Shown here: positions 58,728-64,000 of the stretch, piece after piece
Layout of the letters: every line of letters starts with the position of its first letter
How positions within the stretch are numbered: position 1 is the first letter of the stretch
Assembly: GCA_951406725.2 (NCBI GenBank)
Contig: OX597836.1
Span: 25,296,001-25,360,000 of the forward strand
Source of the DNA: Octopus vulgaris
Taxonomy: Eukaryota
DNA: 64,000 bases
Direction of reading: 5' to 3'
Made by a program: the position numbers and the translations under genes
The notes under the pieces: generated by a model
Database searches by the model: none
Told to the model about the DNA's origin: nothing
What the model saw: the letters and a program-made list of their open reading frames with translations, nothing else

Positions 58728-59738
58728 AAGAGAGAGCGAGGAGAGAAATAAAGAGGAGATAAATGAAAGGAAGACAAGATACAAAGATGAAACACTCGAT
58801 TAATTTCCATGCCTAAATATCGACAAATCTTTAATTTCTGATAATGTTCTGGTCCAATGGACAGCATTTCAAAAACATATTTTAGCGTTCTTTCCATCTT
58901 CACTCTCTCAGCTTGAGACGCAAACAAAGGCGTTCTTTATGACTGGTTTGTACGTGTACGTGTGTACGTGTGTGCGTGCGTGCGTGCGTGCGTGCGTGCA
59001 TGTACGTGTGTGCGCGCGCTCGAGCGTGACACACGCATACTGTTGTTATAGGCAACTGAAATAGACCAACACTAATCGACAATGTTGTGGAAATTTCCTG
59101 GTCAAGGCTAAAAGTAGAGAAGGAAAAGATAAAACAAACAAACGACAAAAGCAAAAACAACAACAATCATTAAAGCAAACAGGGATTCGGTAAGGTATGC
59201 GTGGGTATCCTTTCTCCGGTAGGCTACACTACTTAATAATAAAAAAAACAAACAAGCAAAGCCATCGTAATTCTTCGTTAAGCGAACTCTGGGCCGCAGG
59301 TAGCCCATGACTACTCTAAGAGGACGTTATTCCGTTAGAAACGTCAAGCAATTTTTCCATCAAAGTATCTTCACCTTTCTTATGAAGCGGCCCCTACAGA
59401 TAAACACTTCATCACGTTGCCCTATGAACCTCTGTTTCCCTTCAGCTTTGCTAATTCCTCAATGACATTATGTGTTTCCGCCGATAACATCAGTCAAGTT
59501 AAGTGGGTCTCGTCCTGTATTAGAGAGCTGATGATTCCACAATATAACATCTGGTACGACCTGGTGTTCAGCACGGTACTGGTGACCCCAGAAAATCTTA
59601 TCCAATCGATGCAGCTGGTTTAATGTACCAATAAATCTCCCCCTTTGGGCTCCTACTCACGTCGTGAGTTATTTAGAGCCGACGCTCAAGTCCGGTTTAA
59701 ATAGTCTTGAAGCTCTTTTGTCAACAAACTAAACATAT

Positions 59739-60152
59739 AGGCGTTGTAGTGGCTGTGTGGTAAGTAGCTTGTTTACCAGCCACATGGTTCCGGGTTCAGT
59801 CCCACTGCGTGGCATCTTGGGCAAGTGTCTTCTACTATAGCCTCGTGCCAACCAAAGCCTTGTGAGTGGATTTGGTAGACGGAAACTGAAAGAAGCCCGT
59901 CGTATATATGTATATATATATATGCGTGTGTGTGTTTGTGTGTCTGTATTTGTCCCCCTAGCATTGCTTGACAACCGATGCTAGTGTGTTTACGTCCCCG
60001 TCACTTAGCGGTTCGGCAAAAGATACCGATAGAATAAGTACTGGGCTTACAAAAGAATAAGTCCCGGGGTCGATTTGCTCGATTAAAGGCGGTGCTCCAG
60101 CATGGCCGCAGTCAAATGACTGAAACAAGTAAAAGAATAAAAGAATAAAAGA
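59739..60152 (+). mobile_element. SINE family B, full length
   Basis: Matches 43143-43553. Confidence 0.9.
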
Positions 60153-60292
60153 ATATCATCTGAACACGGAACGACCCATCTGTTTGCAAAATCCTTATCT
60201 GAAATAAAGTAAACACAAATAAAAACGAAACAAAACAAAAAAAAGCTGGAACGAAGCTTCACTTGTAGCGAAGGCCATTGTCTCTTGTATAT

Positions 60293-60815
60293 ATACAAGG
60301 GATTACCCAAAAGTAACCGGAATTTTGCAATGTTATTTTATTCTCTTAGTTTTACATGTTTACACTTTTATCGCCTTCGAAGTATTCTTCATTTGAAGCC
60401 ATGCATCAGTCCAGACGCTTTTTCCACAGTTCGAAGCAGTGCTGGAACTCTTGTAAAGTGATGCCTTTTAAACGCCTCCGTCGTTTTTTCTTCACTTCTT
60501 CCACATCTGCAAATTCCGTAGCACCAGCTTTTGTCACCAGTGATGATCTTCGAAAAAAAGGTCCCGATCAGTTTCTAACTGTTGTTTCAGTTCACGACAC
60601 GCATTCAGTCGTGACTGCTTTTGATCTTCCGTGAGCAAGTGAGGCACAAATTTTGCCGCAACTCGTTTCATTCGCTATTCCTCTCACATAATTCATTGGC
60701 AGGAACTCCAAGACACACCAGTCATATCAACAAATCCGTCAATTGTTCTGGGACGGTCTCCCATGATCAGTTCATGAATTTTCATGATGTTTTTATTCGT
60801 TTGGGAGGTTGACGA
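60293..60815 (-). mobile_element. Internally deleted mariner fragment
   Basis: TA plus TIR-like caagggattacccaaaagtaaccggaat. The minus-strand C-terminus reads CFELWKKRLD*CMASNEEYFEGDK. Confidence 0.75.
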
Positions 60816-63423
60816 AACCCTTAACTGTCGATGACAGCCTCAGTGTTAATAGCCCCCCAAATCACCATCAGTTCTCACATCTAGGTGTCATTTCCATACT
60901 TATATGTATACATCAAGTAATTTGCTGTTTCTCTGTTAATCAATATTGCTGTCGTGTAAGGCGGCGAGCTGGCAGAAACGTTAGCACGCCGGGCGAAATG
61001 CTTAGCGGTATTTCGTCTGCCGTTACGTTCTGAGTTCAAATTCCGCCGAGGTCGACTTCCATCCTTTCGAGGTCGACTTTCTTCCTTTCGAGGTCGACTT
61101 TCATCCTTTCGGAGTCGATTTAATAAGTACCAGTTACGCACCGGGGTCGATATAATCGACTTAATCCGTTTGTCTGTCCTTGTTTGTCCTCTCTGTGTTT
61201 AGCCCCTTGCGGGTAGTAAAGAAATAGGCATTTCTTCTGCCGCTACGTTCAAATTCCGCCGAGGTCAACTTTGCCTTTCATCCTTTCTGCAATCGATAAA
61301 TTAAGTACCAATTGCGTACGGAGTGAACATAATCGACTCCCACCCCGCAAAAAAAAAAAATTCAGGCCTTGTGCCTAGAGTAGAAAAGAATATTGCTGTT
61401 GTGTTATGTTCGGGAGTGCCTCTTGCTGCTATTATCGTATTTACTGTTAGCTGCATTCCTTCCTTCTGCCCCACCCTAACAGACTGATAATCATCAGCAA
61501 ATATGTCACGTAAGCTACATAATGTGAGGCGAATTTAAAAAATTTTTTTCTCTCTTTGTTCAGTAAGTGTTGTTTCCTAATTGCTTATATCTAGAAATCA
61601 GATCAAATGACTACTTTCCCTCCAAACTTTGTTTTTGTGATCTGGTCAATCAATGTTTTGAAACTGACCTATTTTCCATTACCTTTCAAGCAGACTCAGT
61701 GGTGAGTTGCTCAAACAGAAATATCATTACAGCAAATATTCTGCTCAATACCACAGATTTACTTGTCAGTCGCTTGACCTCAACAACCCGAGCATGTCCC
61801 TTGGTAGCTGACAATATGTGCATCTTTGAGCAGAAGTAGTGGGGGAACATCATAGCCATGTGCTGAGAGGGATTTTGTGGGGTACTTGAATAAACGTAAC
61901 TAACGCAAACTTTGAAGGAAATATTGGTAATTTTTCCTGCTTTCTAGGAGTAAGCAAATAGGAACAGTTGCTGCCCAGGGACAAAGATCATCTTACACAG
62001 TGTTATTGATAAGCTCACAAGGACGTACATGTGTATAGGTGCAGACGTGGAAGTGTGATAAGAAGTTTGGAAGCCTACTTTCCAGTTACATGGCTCCAGT
62101 GATCGCTTATAAGCTTTAAGCTTACAAGTATAATTATTACACACACACACGCACACACACACACGCACACACACAACACACACACACACAACACACACAC
62201 ACAACACACACACATACACACACATATATATATATATATAACGCACTGATCCGTGATTGAAAATGCAACCAAAAAAAGTACTCTATTTGGTGAGAGATAA
62301 ATATTATTTATTTAAGGGTCACAATACAGGTACCATTCATACTGGGACAGCACCTACAGGATAACTTCATACAACGATTATTAAATATCTTCCTGTATCT
62401 GGGAGTTGCTGGAGAGACATGCATCCGTATCCTATGATAGTTTTTATATTAACTCCATGACAACGGATTTTTTTTTTGTCTTTGGTTTTTTTTATGAAGC
62501 AACTAGGTTGCATTGATGGGCGAGCTGGCAGAAACGTTAGTAGAAACGGGCGAAATGCGTAGCCGTATTTCGTCTGTCGTTACGTTGTGAGTTCAAATTC
62601 CGCCGAGGTCGACTTTGCCTTTCATCCTTTCGGGGTCGATAAATTAAGTACCAGTTACGCACTGGGGTCGATGTAATCGACTTAATACCTATGTCTGTTC
62701 TTGTTTGTCCCCTCTGTGTTTAGCCCCTTGTGGGTAATAAAGAAATAGGTAATTATCTCGACTGAGATCAGCAATTAACACACGACAATGGTTCGGCGTA
62801 TATTACATCAACCGCTTTAACCAGTTTACGGTAGTTTACTTCCATGCCCAAGGTTCGCCTTTATGCCAGGCGTGCCAGTAAACTGATGCCGCCGGACGAA
62901 ATTGTCTCATGCTTCTAGTGTCCAGAGCCACAGAAATATCATCATCGCTATCGGAATCATCTGATTCTGAACTAGGAAAATACTCAGTCTCCGAGTAATC
63001 GTCCGAACCGGTAGAAACAATAGATGAGGTGGTAGAGCTTGGCGCGACGACCGTACATTATTATTTACGGTCTAAGGAGGACAGTTCTTTTACCTGTTTA
63101 CTTATTATTTTTTAAAATTTTAGTTTTCCGTTTTCCCATCTTTACTTTCTGCGTTTTCCATATGCAGCCTTCTCAGTTTTTTCGTGCTTCTTCACCTATT
63201 CAATTTCTTTAGTTCGTTATGATATGTGGTTTGCTTCTGAAGAATATGTTTGAGTGTCTTCAACACATGAAACTATTAGCAGCGCTTTGATACATATATT
63301 GTGACCTTTAAATAATATATATATGTATATAAAGGGAAAGTTTACGAAAATAAACAAAAGACGAAGGCAGGTGGAGTGCAAACAAACAAATGTATTAGTA
63401 TAGCGCTCGGGGATAGAAAAAGT

Positions 63424-63459
63424 CTTTTACGTTTCGAGCCTACGCTCTTCGACAGAAAG
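63424..63459 (-). ncRNA. 36-nt hammerhead-like motif, A6U family
   Basis: CUUU-CUGUCGA-A-GAGC(GUAG)GCUC-GAAA-CGUA-AAAG. Confidence 0.55.
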
Positions 63460-63917
63460 ATACACAGAAAAAAAAACAAGGAGAGAAACAAGGAGAGAAA
63501 AAAATGCGTGTAGGAGCTAACGATCTATCATGGAGTCCTGACTTCGATACCATGGCACTCCGTCGGTTACGACGACGAGGGTTCCGGTTGATACGATCAA
63601 CGGAACACCCTGCTCGTGATATTACCGTGCGAGTGGCTGAGCACTCCACAGACACGTGTACCCTTAACGTAGTCCTCGGAGAGATTCGGCGTGACACAGA
63701 GTGTGACAAGGCTGGCCCCTTTGAAATACAGGTACAACAGAAACAGGAAGAAAGAGTGAGAGAAAATCGTGGTGAAAGAGTACAGCAGTGGTTCGCCACC
63801 TCACCCCTCTGCCGGTGCCTCATGGAGCTTCAGGTGTTTTCGCTCAATAAACACTCACAAAGCCCGGTCAGGGAATCGAAACCGCGATCCTACGACTGCG
63901 AGTCCGCTGCCCTAACC

Positions 63918-63949
<32 letters not shown>

Positions 63950-63955
63950 ACACAT

Positions 63956-64000
<45 letters not shown>

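Overview
AT-rich, microsatellite-saturated eukaryotic DNA. The SINE and LINE content looks like a coleoid cephalopod, probably Octopus (inference). Almost all ORF-track entries are translations of simple repeats or SINEs. The one host gene I can support is the 3' end of a minus-strand WD40 gene resembling WDR86. It has a 104-nt penultimate exon (53794-53897) and two paralogous, in-phase terminal exons about 29 kb apart (30577-30666, absent from the ORF track, and 1371-1538), which suggests a duplicated alternative last exon. The introns hold several tRNA-derived SINE families, R4/Dong-like and CR1 LINE fragments, mariner, Chapaev-like and Helitron remnants, MITEs and minisatellites. The most striking feature is a population of short elements sitting in (TA)n tracts. 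They carry minimal type-I hammerhead ribozyme folds, including a G3-C8 covariant core and an A6U family. They repeatedly form fold-back palindromes, two of which turn around exactly at hammerhead stem II. This fits Penelope-like element (PLE) or retrozyme-type derivatives, and a PLE RT fragment is present at about 49.5 kb. A second, unidentified multi-hairpin motif with compensatory base changes is shared by diverged (TA)n-embedded elements. All calls were made by eye and need computational confirmation.
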